Assembly: GCA_964016885.1 (NCBI GenBank)
Contig: OZ024741.1
Location: forward strand, 229,710,001 to 229,774,000
Reading direction: 5' to 3'
Source: Eledone cirrhosa
Taxonomy: Eukaryota
DNA length: 64,000 nt
The position numbers and the translations under genes were made by a program. How positions within the stretch are numbered: the stretch's first letter is position 1; every line of letters starts with the position of its first letter. Shown piece after piece: positions 40,355 through 53,889 of the stretch. The notes beneath the pieces are model-generated. The model made no database searches. It had not been told where the DNA came from and worked only from the letters and a program-made list of their open reading frames with translations.

Positions 40355-42145
40355 CCCGCTCCGCTTTTTGGAACACTTCAAAAGGCATGCTTGCTGGGAA
40401 CAGCAAGAACCCTCCGATACGTCCTGAATATCTGAGGCTGCAGGTAGTGACTTGATATTCATTTCAACAAACTTTCCAGTTAACTAACATCAATGACTGA
40501 GACTCAAAGAATAATAACAATAATAATAATAATAATTGAGAATCCTTGGGAGGCGTGAAGATCAAGAGAGGTATCTTCCAAGGAGATAGTCTGTCCCCTC
40601 TGTTGTTTGTCCTTGCCCTGATGCCCCTGACCATTATACTGCGAAAAGTGAGAGCAGGATACAAGTTGGGAAAAGGAGAGCTTACCATCAATCACCTCCT
40701 CTTCATGGACGATCTTAAGCTCTTCGGGAAGAGTGAGAAGAAGTTGGATGTGCTTGTTGACACTGTCCGTATTTTCAGTAATGATATATGTATTCAATTT
40801 GGTATTAGTAAGTGTGGAGTCCTTGTGATGAAGAGGGGTAAATTGAGCAGAAGCAACGGAATCCAGGTACCAACAGGTGAGATGATAAAGGAAATTGACA
40901 CTGAAGAAGGATACAAATATTTAGGTGTTCTGGAGGCATCAAGAACAAAAGAATGAAGGAATTGATAAGATCTGAATACATTCGGGGAGTAAGGAGCGTA
41001 TTAAAATCACATCTGAACAGTAGGAATGCCATAAGGGCAGTAAATTCCCGAGCTGTGTCTATTATTAGGTACAGTGCGGGAATTCTGAGATGGAATGTTG
41101 CTGAACAAAAAGAAATGGATAGGAAGACTAGGAAGCTATTGACTATCTACAACATGTTCCACAAGAGGAGTGATGTCGATAGACTCTACTTAAGGAGATC
41201 TGAAGGTGGAAGAGGTCTTATCAGCATAGAGGACTGTATTCAGATGGAGAAGAAAAACAACCTGCACAAATACGTGACTGATAGTAGGGAGCCAATGCTC
41301 AGAATTGTACTGAAGGAGAGGACAATAGACCAGGGGATGTCCAAGGAGGAAATAACAACAAGGAGAAAGAGCAACCTTCATCAAAAATCCCTTCATAGTA
41401 CCTTCTTTGAAAAAACTGAATTCAGAGATCCACAGACATGGAACTGGTTGAAAAGAGGAGACCTTAAAAAGGCTACAGAAGGAATGCTAATGGCTGCGCA
41501 AGAGCAGGCCCTCAAAACGAAGTGGCTGAAACACCATATTTACAAGGAGGAGGCTAGCCCACTGTGTAGGATCTGTGGAGAGAGAGAGGAGACTATGGCT
41601 TACATTGTATCCGAGTGTAAACACCTAGCCCAGACTCACTATAAAGGCTGGAGACATGATGTGATGGGCAGGGTGATCCACTGGCACCTATGCAAAGTAA
41701 ACAATTTACCACATTCTGAGAAGTGGTGATAGAAAACGTGGTGAGAGTCGGTGATAGAAAACGATCAAGTGAAGGTGCTGTGGGATTTTAGGATACAGAC
41801 GGACAAGAAACTGGAACACAATAGGCCTGACCTGGTGGTTTTACACAAGGAATTTACCAGGATTTAAAGTGGGAGGTAAAAAGGATTTGGAACTGCCACG
41901 AAGTCAAAGTGGTCCCGATTGTCATAGGCGCACTAGGTACTATATCAAAGAGTTTCCAAGGATGGTTAAAGAAAATTGGTCCCGCCCCGCTCTTTGGAAC
42001 ACTTCAAAAGGCATGCTTGCTGGGAACAGCAAGAACCCTCCGATACGTCCTGAATATCTGAGGCTGCAGGTAGTGGCTTGATATTCATTTCAACAAACTT
42101 TCCAGTTAAATAACATCAATGACTGAGACTCACAGAACAATAATA
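40355..42145 (+). mobile_element. R4/Dong-like 3' end (40355-40510), (TAA)n, then a 5'-truncated copy (40537-42135)
   Basis: LLFMDDLKL, CRICGEREETMAYIVSEC, VLWDF, HNRPDLVV; TAA tails. Confidence 0.92.
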
Positions 42146-42199
42146 ATGAAAACAAGGACGATCTGTTATATTTTCATTACATTTATTGAGCTGTGACAC

Positions 42200-45100
42200 G
42201 CGTTTCGCGATTGATCAGCTCAAGGCTCAATCTGTATAGATCGGGCCCAACTCTGGAATCAAAAGCTCATCGGACTTCTGCTGTGGTATATAATTTTTCG
42301 ACAGAGCTGTTCTGCTAGAGATCGGATCGCAGGTGGCGGATGGCCATACGGCCACCAGATATGATGGTTAGTTGCGATATAAGCGGGATCCTGCGGGACG
42401 AATAAGCAACCCCGGATCAGTAGTAGTAAGCTACTAGGAGAGTTGGAGCCATGATTAACACTGTTAACTCCCTAGAAAACTAACACAACCCAGTGATGTA
42501 TCTACGACGTGGCGAGTAAAGACTACCTTTCAAAAATCCTTCTCTTTGTGGGTTTGAAAAAAATTACTAAATTGGGGATTGTCGCGAATGATACCACCAA
42601 AGCACTGCAATAAGGTCGAAAACAGTAAAGATATCCATACCACATTGTCCAGTGCGCGATATAACGAGGGACGAGTTCAGACTTTGGGTGAGGAGTCTGT
42701 TTGAAAAATATATTGCAGTCTCCACCCAGCGCTGCAAAAACTGGCGATGGGCCTGCGATATCTCCTGGGAGGCGTGGGATAGACGCACAAAGATATTACG
42801 TATCGCCAGACCACAGAGAGGGTCCGGGATTGTGCAAACCTTGACAATTAGGTACTAGAACGTTGCACCCCTTATAGACAATGAGCAGGAACTGGAGGAG
42901 GAGGCCAGGTTTTACCGGCTATATATAGTCAGGGCTTCCTCAATATTGTTCCGTGGTTCTCGTACTATAGGTTTGAATGGATGATAGAAACTACACTATT
43001 CAGGTTTGATGCCAGAAAAGAATGCGCTAGCGGGAATGTGGATATTCACAAGCCTCTGACAGTTAGAATGTGTTCTGAACTGGATCCCATTGAGAGGAAA
43101 GATTTGCCCCCTGAAGACTAGGCTGAAAGAAAGTTCTCTGTGGTTTTTGCAAGTTTATGCGCCGAACAGAGAGCCCGAAAACAGATCCTTTCTTGGAGCA
43201 GCCACTGAAGCGTTAGATGTAGTTATGACTGAGACATATATCCTCATGGGAAGCTTCAATGCACATGTTGTCACTGACCGTTGGACATGGAACAGAGTGA
43301 TTGGAAGGAACGGTGATTGCGATCTAAATACGAATGGAAAGACCTTATTGATACCCTGTTAAAGTAATGGGCTCTCTATTATGAACACCTTTTCCAGCAC
43401 AAAGACATCTATAAACATACATTGTATAAGGAGAATCGAGGACAGAGATCAATAATTGATTTTGCTATTGTCTCTGAGCTATTTGATTCTGTGATGGATG
43501 TTCGTGTTAAGAGAGGGGTTGTCAACTGATCACCATCTAGTTATGTGCAACTTGAGACTACCTAAAGCCAAGAGAGCCCACAAAACTAACAGATCTAGCT
43601 CGACCTAAATGATAAAGTGGGAAACGCTGACAGTTAAGGAAGTCTGAAGCAGGTTTGCGGATACTATTGCATCCAAATTCAGAGAACTCCCTGAGCAAAC
43701 TGAAGGCGTTGAAATGAAGTGGAGACTGTTCAGCTCAGTATTTTCTGCTTCAGCTGTTTAATGCTGCAGGCGAAAGCGAAATAGTGTGGTGCCGACTGGC
43801 ACGAGAACCCCTTACTGAAATCAAGTGGTCAAAGATGCCATCAGAGCAAAGAAAGAAGTTTACAAAGCTTGGCTTTGAAAGAAGTCCTCCTTCTTGCACT
43901 TGCGGTACAAGCAGTACAAACAGGTGCAAGAAGTTGCAGCAGAGATGGTAAAGGCGTCCAAAGATAAGAGATGGGAAGACTTTGGGGTTAAGCTTGAATC
44001 CGACTTCAGATCATCAAATAAAGTGTTCTAGCGGACCATCTGCCGACTTCGTAATAAGAAGACCTCCACCGCACCTGCTATTAGGAACGTATCTGGGGTT
44101 CTCCTCTTTTCAGAGAGGTGCATCCTCACGAGGTGGACAGAATACTTTGCTGATAAATCTGATGAACACAGTACATCTGAGAGGGATGAGTAACCTCTCG
44201 GAGGCTGAGGTTACGAGATCAATTAAATAGCTGAAATGTGATAAGGCCGCTGGGAGGACGAAATTTGACTCGAGATGTTAAAAGCCTTAAACAGAAAAGA
44301 TATTCTCTGGCTGACTCTTGAGTGTCGAGTACCTGGATACCTCAAAATCCTGCCGCAATGACAATCGGGAGTGATAAGCCCAATTTTCTAAAGTGGGCAC
44401 AAGAGAGATTGCTCCAATTATTGAGGGGTTTTCTTGTTAAGCCTCCCCGGGAAAATCTATGCTAAATGTCTGGCAAAGAGATGTAGGGATATTGTCGAGT
44501 TCAAGCTAGCAGATAAACAGTGTGGTTTTTGCCCCGGACGCAGCACATCCGACCAAATATTCACACTGCGGTGAGTCTGAGAAATCGTGGGAGTATTGCC
44601 AAAAGGAATATGGTTGATTCGTAGAACTTGAAAAGGCATATGAGTGCATTCTATGGGACCTGCTGTGGAAGGTTCTGCAGGAGTATGTGATCGATGGAGA
44701 GATTCGTGTTGGTTTGATGTCTCTATATGTATGCCCTAGTATTTGTATTCAGATAAATGGTGCTAAGTCGAAATCATTCAATGACACTCAAGGAAGACTG
44801 CCCAGTACACTCTATATGTGAGTGGAGTTCCACTGAATCAGATGGAGAAATTCAAGTATTTCGGAGCCGTGTTCATGGGTGATGGAAGGCAAGAGACTGA
44901 ATTAAGTGCAAGAATTGCAGTGATGCGCTACCTTCAGCATTCAGCAATCAGAAGAAGAAAGGTAGGTGTAAAAGCCAAACTCGCTATCTTCATATCGGTA
45001 TTCGTACCAACCCTTACCTTATGATCATGAATATTAGGTAATAACCGAAAGGATACGATCGCGAATACAAGCGGCCTAAATGGGATTCATCCAAACAGTC

Positions 45101-45450
45101 TTTGAAGTAACGTTACTCGATAGAGTGCGTGGCTGGGAGATCAGAGTCTCTCCGTGTAGAGCCGCTATTTCTCTGAATTGAGAAATCTCAGCTCCTATAC
45201 CAAAGGCATGTGGTTAGAATGTCTCAGGAAAGAATCGATGATTAGATTCTACGAGCAAAAACCAACCGGCAGGAGACACGGATGTACACCCCGAGCAAGA
45301 TGGTTGGATAACATCCATGAGCTTGGCTGGTCACTTAGTCATCCAGCCGGATCAATTAGGGACGGTTGCTTCTGACAGAATCTGCTGAAGACCTGTTTGA
45401 GGACTCTGCCCCAACGACCCATCCAGCAATAAGTGGGTGAGGAAGAAAAA
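42200..45450 (+). mobile_element. Old, heavily mutated RTE-clade LINE
   Basis: Relics LQVYAP, MGSFNAHV, IGRNG, LLSLPGKIYAK, QCGFCPGRSTSDQIFTL, KFKYFG, PTGRR..PRARWLD; many stops; 5' boundary uncertain. Confidence 0.85.
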
Positions 45451-45609
45451 TAATATACATGTGTGTGTATCTATCTATTTGTGTGGGGGTTATTTTTATT
45501 AAGGATGTTTTCATATTTTCTTATTAGTTCTTTGTTTGGTGTTAAACAACACTGTTCTTAAATTTACGGAGAAAATCAAATCAAGTGTATTACTGTTCTT
45601 GATATAGTG

Positions 45610-45820
45610 TGGTGGATTAGCAGAATTGGTAGAACGTTGGATTGCTTGCCATTGAGCTGTTTGTTCTGCTTCTTCACATTCTGTGTTCAAATCCCACCAA
45701 GGTCAACTTTTCAATTTCATCTTTCCTGGTTTGATAAAATATCGATCAAGTACTGGGGGTTGATTTAATCAACTTTCCTTTTCTCCAAATTTGCTTGCCT
45801 TGTCCCTAAATTAGAAATCG
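45610..45820 (+). mobile_element. Diverged copy of the MetaSINE-like family
   Basis: ggtggattagcagaattgg...gttcaaatcc...ggtcaacttt...catc...gataaa matches 26425-26636 in reverse. Confidence 0.7.
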
Positions 45821-47301
45821 ATATTTTAACCCATTCTCTATATCAACAGTACCCATGACACGGTGTCAATATAAACAGTAAAATACTAATAAAATTAAAC
45901 CTTGTGAATTATTGAAGCGCTGAGAGCGTTTGAAAATTTAAAATGTGAGTCCCAAACATAGAAAATAACAGTAATAACAGTCAATGAATATAAGTAATAG
46001 TTGAGAAAATTACACTTAGAGACAGAAAAAAGTGAAAAGAGACGTCTCTGAAGGTAAATTACCCAATTTCTTTTCAACTATTATTTATAGTGATCGACTG
46101 TTATTACAGTCATTTTCTGCGTTTGGGACACATTTTCAGACTAATACAACTTATTTGCAGTCCCGCTGATGAAAGCATCCGGTGTCCATACATATCTATG
46201 GACGTCTGATTGCCAGAAACATGACTGTATCTGGAGAATACTTAGAACCACCTACCTACATATGTATCTATCTATCTGTCAGTCTAACTGATTGTAGTTC
46301 TGTCTGACAGTCTGATTACCAATCTTTTTCATTTATCTATGTAGGACAAAACACTTAAAATGTAAATTTCAAGTGCTTCTACAAAGGCCATAGACAAGAA
46401 GAAAAGCAGAGACAGAGGTCCTCAAAACTCCATGTGCCCAGCCTCGGATATACTGAATCAGGAAACTACCGACATTCCGAACATCATGCTGCACCTTTCA
46501 TAAAGCTGGTCCCAATTGAACATCAGTTGCTGACTAGTGTTGACTTCCGTTTTATCACATTATTACGTTATTCCATAATGAAAGTCAAATTAGTGTGTGT
46601 GTGTAGGGGGGGGGGGCTTAAACTTATGTCTATTTTATCTTGTTTAGCTATTTGATATACTTAACATTTGAATGTATGTGTTGGATCTCACGATCGAAAG
46701 ATGACATGTTCGATTCCTGTACTGGGTGGTGCATCGTGTCCTTGACCAAGGCACATCACTTCACATTACTCCTGTCTACTCAACTGGAAAAGATGATACT
46801 CCGAAAAAAATATAAGAAAATCCGAAGCTGTTGTTAGTGCCATACCCAGACCATCTCGGGTAAAGGTTTCTGCACACAAAAAAACCACCAGGAGAAAATG
46901 TTAACCTCTGGTCCCTAATCAAGTAATCAACATACGCTTACTACTCGGATATCTTGCTTTTGCTAAGCAGCATATTTTATTTTTGTCTCTAGTGACTACT
47001 GACACATCTCATTTGCAGAGTATTCTTTATATTCTGACAAAATTACCTTCTGTTTTCAACCTCTGTTGAAGGTCTCTGTTAACGAGATAATCAGTAATGT
47101 GTGTATGTGCTGTATGTGATGTGTAAACATTTCAGCCCTTCCGACAGTATCTCTCAGTCCAACGGTGCCAAACAACATTGATGCTACTAAACAATGTCCA
47201 GCTTTATTTGGCCCATGTTGCAAGCAGCCCCATCATCAGGCTTTCAGGCTTGAGAGGGCTTAATAATATTCTGGATGGACATTCTATTCACAATATTTTC
47301 G

Positions 47302-47635
47302 GGATAGCGCATGGCTTAGTGGTTAGAGCATTGGGCTTGCAATTGAAAGGTTGTGAGTTCGATTCTGGGACCGGGAGATGCGTTATGTCCTTGAGCAAGA
47401 CGCTTTATTTCACATTGCTCTAGTTTACTCGGCTGTAGAAATGAATTGCGACGTCACTGGTACCAAGGTGTATCGGCCATTGCCTTTCCCTTGGACAACA
47501 TCGGTGGCGTGTAGAGGGGAGACTGGTATGCATGGGCGACCACTGGTCTTCCACAAAACAGACCTTGCACAGGCTTGTGCCTCAGAGGGAAACTTTCTAG
47601 GTGCAAAACCATGGTCATTCGTGACCGAGTGGGGA
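47302..47635 (+). mobile_element. tRNA-derived SINE with CORE-like segment
   Basis: A box TGGCTTAGTGG, B box GAGTTCGATTC, then GTCCTTGAGCAAGAC; related relics at ~46700-46795 and ~48195-48475. Confidence 0.8.
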
Positions 47636-47990
47636 TAAGCATATCATCGTAATTTAATTTATTCTAAATCTGAGGGTGCACCATTGAAAAGTAAGGGGAC
47701 AGTGCCATCCAGTGGCTCCCCTTGGCGACGAGCCAGTTGCAGTACTATTTTCTTTCCTTTCTGTTGTGCTTGTAGGCACCACACGAGGCTAGCGAAAAAC
47801 TGATTAAGACTACTGGGGTGTGATGTAGCGGAGCAACCAAGGCACCAGTAGATTTGTCTCGATAGAATTAGTTGTGAGGTTCACTGAGAAGTGAAAAAGA
47901 TACTCAAAATAACTGTTGTTTATCTCTTTTACCTCTTTACCTTGTAATCCTATTCACATGTTTTGCAAGGGTTGCAAACTATTGTTGTAG

Positions 47991-48147
47991 TCTTAGTTAT
48001 ATCTACAACGCCAGATTTAGAAATGAAAAACTAGCCAATGGTTAAGTTTTGGTAGTTACATATGCCTGTAATCTTAGTTATATCTTGAACGCCAGATTTA
48101 GAAATGAAAAAACTACCCAATGGTCAAGTGTTGGTAATTACATATGC
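47991..48147. repeat. Two tandem ~81-bp units
   Basis: tcttagttatatct...gccagatttagaaatgaaaaa...ttacatatgc occurs twice. Confidence 0.85.
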
Positions 48148-48557
48148 TGAATGTGTCTGTTGAATTTTTCTATTAATGAAACTGCCTTGTGAAGACACGA
48201 GGCTTAGTGGATAACGTATTCGGTTCGCAGTAGTAAGACCATTAGTTCTATTCCTGCCAGTGCATTGTATTCTTGATTTCACATTGCTCCAGTCCGCTCA
48301 GCTGACGAAAATGAGTCGTACCTGTAGTTCAAAGGGTCAGCCTTGTTACACACTGTGCCATGTTGAATCTCCTGTGTATGTGGAGTTCTCCAACACTTAC
48401 ACGTTAATTTCACAAGCAAGCTGTTCCGTTGTTCAAATAACTGGAACATTCCTTATCGGAAACGACGGATGTCCAGTTTGAGATTTTTTTAAAAGATATT
48501 CTTAGTAAAGCTTCCAAGGTTACTCTCCTCGTTTAATCGATGCACCGATACAACATT

Positions 48558-48900
48558 CAGGGTAGTCCGAAAGTCTTGTCACCCCCTACCAAAAAGTAAT
48601 GGGAAACAGTTTATGTTCAAATCACAATATCGTCCTCTTCGGAGGAGCTAGTTTGCCGAATCTTGCAGTGAAGTCATGTCGCACATCCTCCATGCTCTTG
48701 CCAGAATGCACAGGATCATGTGACTTGCAAGCAGCCTCTCTTCCAAACTGTAGGAGCTCTGAAATAGCTCTGAAAAATGATATTATCATTATTATTATAT
48801 ATTATAATTAATGATATTATATATTATATTATTAAAACAAAAAATAATGAAAATTAAAACAATATGTGACAAGGGGTGACAAGACTTTCGGACCACCCTG
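48558..48900. mobile_element. Tc1/mariner-type MITE
   Basis: 28-bp TIRs CAGGGTAGTCCGAAAGTCTTGTCACCCC / GGGGTGACAAGACTTTCGGACCACCCTG (1 mismatch); TA on the right flank, TT on the left. Confidence 0.85.
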
Positions 48901-49073
48901 TACGTGAAATTGACTATGAAAATTACACACCAACGGTTTTTTGGTGACCATTTCAAAACGCAAGAACAACACTCCATCACTACTATCATTCTTATTCAAA
49001 AGAAAGTCTCAAAATACGTTAATAGGCGTATAGATTGAGAAACGGTATTATTTTCAAATTAAATATAAAGAAC

Positions 49074-49439
49074 TGTAGCGGTTGTCTCCCTTGTTTTGAT
49101 TAGGATCTAGACGGGAGGTGGAACCCTTTCTGCAACTTCCGGTCAGAGCCCTATAAAACTAACAACTTTAAGCTTCCTCTCTCTCTTTGCCTTTTCGGCA
49201 CCAGGTCAAGAGCCTCTCATTGGGCTCCGCCATTAATTTGGCCAACAGGCGCCTGGCCTTAGCCAGGCGTCCTCTGCCAGCCGCGTTTGCCTGGCAATCA
49301 AAACGGTAACTACTAACTTTGTTTCATTCTAACATCTATCTTTGACATGTCAAGTATACTATCTACCGTTAATTAAATATTATATACACAAACCATGTCT
49401 CGTTTTGTTACATTCATACTACCCAGTAGACTCGCTATA
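49074..49439 (+). mobile_element. Solo LTR (gypsy-like), 366 bp
   Basis: Termini TGTAGCG...CGCTATA (CA mutated to TA), 4-bp TSD GAAC on both sides, internal TATAAAA (~49152) and ATTAAA (~49372). Confidence 0.7.
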
Positions 49440-49607
49440 GAACTTATAAAGAAATAGGACAATCTTTAATAAAAAAAAAATCAAACTTGAACAGTCGTGT
49501 CTTTCATATAATAACATATTTGGAAAACGCTTGTAACCTATTTACGAAAACATACATACATTTATATATATATAGAGAGAGAGAGAGTGGTTGAACATGC
49601 ATGTATC

Positions 49608-49698
<91 letters not shown>

Positions 49699-49724
49699 GT
49701 ATATATATATAAACGGAAAAAATT

Positions 49725-50035
49725 AAACGAAATTTCATTTCCCACTCTTAGTACGGCTGTTACTTAAATATAAGTATGTACACGTACATACATATAAGTA
49801 TACAGACGTACAGTAGTATGTATATATATATACATACATGCACACATATATATAAGTACGTATGGATTCACCGAACATTTATTATAATGCTCAGTGTGTT
49901 TGTAAACAAACATCCCGTATTAAGCCGTAGTGTCCAGCAACCATCGTTGCTCGTTTGTTCAACACTGACAAAGGAACGCTGTACTAGTTTTAAGCTTATT
50001 AGCTATCGTCAGCAACGTATACCTTCCTGCCAGAT
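49725..50035. repeat. Dispersed ~330-bp repeat, copy 2
   Basis: Homologous to 660-990. Confidence 0.75.
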
Positions 50036-50094
50036 TGGTGACAGTCAAGTTTGCAATTTTCAACTGTTGAAAATTGCAAACTTGACTGTCACCA
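50036..50094. repeat. Perfect palindrome, 29-bp arms, 1-nt centre
   Basis: TGGTGACAGTCAAGTTTGCAATTTTCAAC T GTTGAAAATTGCAAACTTGACTGTCACCA. Confidence 0.97.
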
Positions 50095-50101
50095 CACATT
50101 A

Positions 50102-50140
50102 TGAACCTGAAGATTGCGAAAGCATGAAAGTACTTGTTCA
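50102..50140 (+). ncRNA. Minimal type I hammerhead ribozyme with palindromic stem/loop III
   Basis: TGAAC-CTGAAGA-T-TGC(GAAA)GCA-T-GAAA-GTAC-TT-GTTCA; stem I TGAAC/GTTCA. Confidence 0.8.
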
Positions 50141-50611
50141 ATTAACACTTAACATTTAATATTCTACCATACTATTTCATTCTAATACCATTATAAATTT
50201 CAAAGGATTGTAAATAAAACGAGTAAATCAGACAAAGTTGGAATTCCTTTTATTAATATATATATATTCGGCTGCGTTTGTCTGTACCTCTCTCGCTCAT
50301 GAAATCCACCCAGATAATGCTGACCGGACAACCATGTTGCTTGTTTATTTTCCTATCTTCGGTTTGCTTTTATCCTTCTATGTTGTTTACTTGTCCCCCT
50401 CGCTTTAAGCGAATTACTGGTCCCAATAACTTTTTTTAGTTATTGCTCGCACCAACCTGAGGTACCTGATTTTTAATGCGATGAAATAGCAATGATGGTT
50501 GGAAAATCACTGACGAAGGACTATTTGTATCATATGTAACCCATGTGCAAACCACGCAGTATTCTTCTTTCTTCTCATGTTTATATATATATATATATGT
50601 TTATATATATG

Positions 50612-50645
<34 letters not shown>

Positions 50646-50687
50646 TGTATATATATTTATATGTATATATATATATATATGTATATA

Positions 50688-50757
<70 letters not shown>

Positions 50758-50809
50758 CATATATATATAAACATATATATATATATATACATATATATAT
50801 GTATATATA

Positions 50810-51450
50810 TGTCAGGTCACCAGTTGGTGCTACTGGTAACATGTATCCCAGTACAACCTGTCTCATGGTCGGGTCGTTGGCGACTAAACTGGCAACCCCA
50901 CCAAGGTTTCTTGGTGAGGAGGGTGACTTTGGACATCCTGCAGGACTAAAAACAAAACCTGTCAAAGGGCAAAGGAGCTCTTAAGAGTCAATGGCCATCC
51001 AAAATCACCGGGAGAGATGACCCCTTTAGCCTTAGTCAAGGCAGAATTCTAGGAGAAGGAAAACTCTGATATAACACCTGCAACCCTGATGGTATCCAAT
51101 GATGTTGACTTGTTCTTCTTTTTGGTAAATAGCATCTTGGTTAAGAGAGTGGGACTGGCTTTGTGCAGTGCCTTTGCTCACTATAAAAGCTTCACGGCAC
51201 AGGCATTGCTTTATATCTGGAGATCTCTCTGCACTTGTCCTCACATGGGCCCAGCACTATGTGTCAATAATTGTCCTACCATGGGCCTAGCACTGTGTGT
51301 CAATGATTGTCACAGGTGTAGTGTTTGTACCAGAGGTTTCAAGTCGCTGGCTGGACTAAAAAGTCACACTCGTTCAGCGCTTCGGTAGGGGTTATCCTAC
51401 ATGGATGTAAAGTAGTGGCCGTACTCGAAAACGAGTTGGCAGCCACCATA
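50810..51450 (+). mobile_element. Short non-autonomous RTE-like derivative ending in a C2H2 finger relic
   Basis: [20 protein letters not shown] followed by GGCCGTACTCG(AAAA)CGAG..GCAGCCACCAT, like the 3' end at 60665-60698; flanked by TA tracts. Confidence 0.55.
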
Positions 51451-51486
51451 TATATATATATGTATATATATATATGTATATATATG

Positions 51487-51523
<37 letters not shown>

Positions 51524-51611
51524 ACATATATATACATATATATATATACATATATATATATATACATATATATATATACATATATATATACATATATATA
51601 TATACATATAA

Positions 51612-51676
<65 letters not shown>

Positions 51677-51731
51677 CATATATATATATACATATATATA
51701 TACATATATATATATATACATATATATATAC

Positions 51732-51762
<31 letters not shown>

Positions 51763-51841
51763 CTATATTATATTTTTGAGAATAAACTCAGTCGTTTACA
51801 ATAATTCAGCTCCAAGAAAAGGGGCATTTCCGAGCAGTTAA

Positions 51842-52498
51842 ATACATTAAAATATATGATAAACACAAAACGTGTTTGCATTGTAACAGACAAAGTTAGC
51901 TATTAATGAAATAAACTAATTAAAGTGAATACAATTTGTCTGTCTCGATATAAGTCAATAAAGACAAGCTTATATTGGCAAAGGCCGTGGTTCCTGGACA
52001 AATTTAAATTTCAAAATCCAAACCTGCTCCGTAGATGAATTTGAACCTCGAAACCTAAATATGTTTCGCAACGGTGGTACGTGAATTGAAAAATAAAGAT
52101 AAAGAGAATCGAAATGGAGTTGAAATAAAAAGTGAAATATCCAAATCTTCTGTGCTTATCAACAGGAACCCAGTAAAATTAGTATATTCCACATCAAAAA
52201 TTTAGCAGGTCTGACTACACGTGTGCAGCCAGGCCATTTCGATTCTCTTTATTTTTCAATTCACGTACCACCGTTGCGAAACATATTCAGGTTTCGAGGT
52301 TCAAATTCATCTACGGAGCAGGTTTGGATTTTGAAATTTAAATTTGTCCAGGAACCACGGCCTTTGCCAATATAAGCTTGTCTTTATTGACTTATATCGA
52401 GACAGACAAATTGTATTCACTTTAATTAGTTTATTTCATTAATAGCTAACTTTGTCTGTTACGATGCAAACACGTTTTGTGTTTATCATATATTTTAA

Positions 52499-52503
<5 letters not shown>
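51842..52503. repeat. Inverted repeat, ~275-bp near-identical arms, ~117-bp spacer
   Basis: 51842-52116 is the reverse complement of 52234-52503; 51780-51980 is homologous to 25307-25540. Confidence 0.93.
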
Positions 52504-52590
<87 letters not shown>

Positions 52591-52591
52591 C

Positions 52592-52707
<116 letters not shown>

Positions 52708-52717
52708 TTATATATAC

Positions 52718-52764
<47 letters not shown>

Positions 52765-52799
52765 GTGGGAGGTGAGTTTTATTGTAGTACAATAAAGCA

Positions 52800-53001
52800 A
52801 TGTAAATATAACATCTCTTGGAAAAAGTTTTCTTCTGCTTCTTCATACTTGAACAGTTCTCTATCCGAGACTTGCAATCTCTGTTTAAATGAAAAATTTA
52901 CCATTATATATGATTTAGATTCTATAATAAATAGACGCACTGACTTGTTTTCTCTCTGCTTGCATAAATTCCACAGAACATTCCATAAAGTATACAGCTA
53001 A
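52800..53001 (+). pseudogene. C-terminal fragment of a PLE GIY-YIG protein (Naiad-like CxxC); mirror copy at ~62450-62645 (-)
   Basis: [14 protein letters not shown]...[12 protein letters not shown]...[13 protein letters not shown]. Confidence 0.7.
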
Positions 53002-53889
53002 TATCTAATACTTTATCAATTTAAAATCCTTTTTTCAAAGGCACATATATATATACATACTTCTTTAAAAATATACCCATCCTTCTACCTTATTTCAAAG
53101 TTATTTATTATACATTATATAATACTAGTTACTCATTCTATATCACTCATATTTATCACTTCCCTTTCTTCCTTTTCCTTTTCTTTTCCTTTTTCTTTTA
53201 ATTTCTAACCCCTAATCTGTACCTTTTCTCATTGTGCCTAACATAGAAACAATTATTACACAGTACAATATATTCTTACTTTATATCACCTTGAAAAAAT
53301 CCAGAAATAATATTTTCTTGGAGATAAAAGAAGCGAAATAACAAAGGATATCGATAAAAAAACGTACCTGCGCACGAGCCTCCATTTTCGCAATTTAAGG
53401 GCTTTATTTCGTTTAGAAGAAAATACTGGTCGTTTTCGGTTAGACATATCGTATAACGATACTATAGAAGCAGTGTAAAAGTATTTTAGGTTAAATACTG
53501 AACCACTGAGAGCACGTAGTCGTTTCAATAAAAAGTTGCATTAAAAAAGGGAGGCTTTGAATGTAAAATGCTAAGCTAAAAGCGAAAAATTAATGTCATT
53601 GTTTATGTTTAATGAATTGGAAATGCTTTACTAAGAGATGGATATACAAGTATTTTAGGTTAAATAGTATAGGGAGGTGTGTCGGATACATACATACACA
53701 TGACGCTCAGCTTTATATAAGTAACGTATGTGTGTGTGTGTGTGTATGCGTGTGATATGCGAGCGACGACAGATCAAAGATATATAACACGTTACTGAAA
53801 GTTAACTAAAGTTTGCTGATCCCTTTCTGTCTCTCTGTCTCTCTCTCTCTGTCTGTTTCTCTCTCTGTCTGTCTGTCTCTCTCTCTGAA

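Noticed and set aside
47302-47380. tRNA gene
   Set aside because: A and B boxes are present but there is no clean cloverleaf, and it continues into a SINE body
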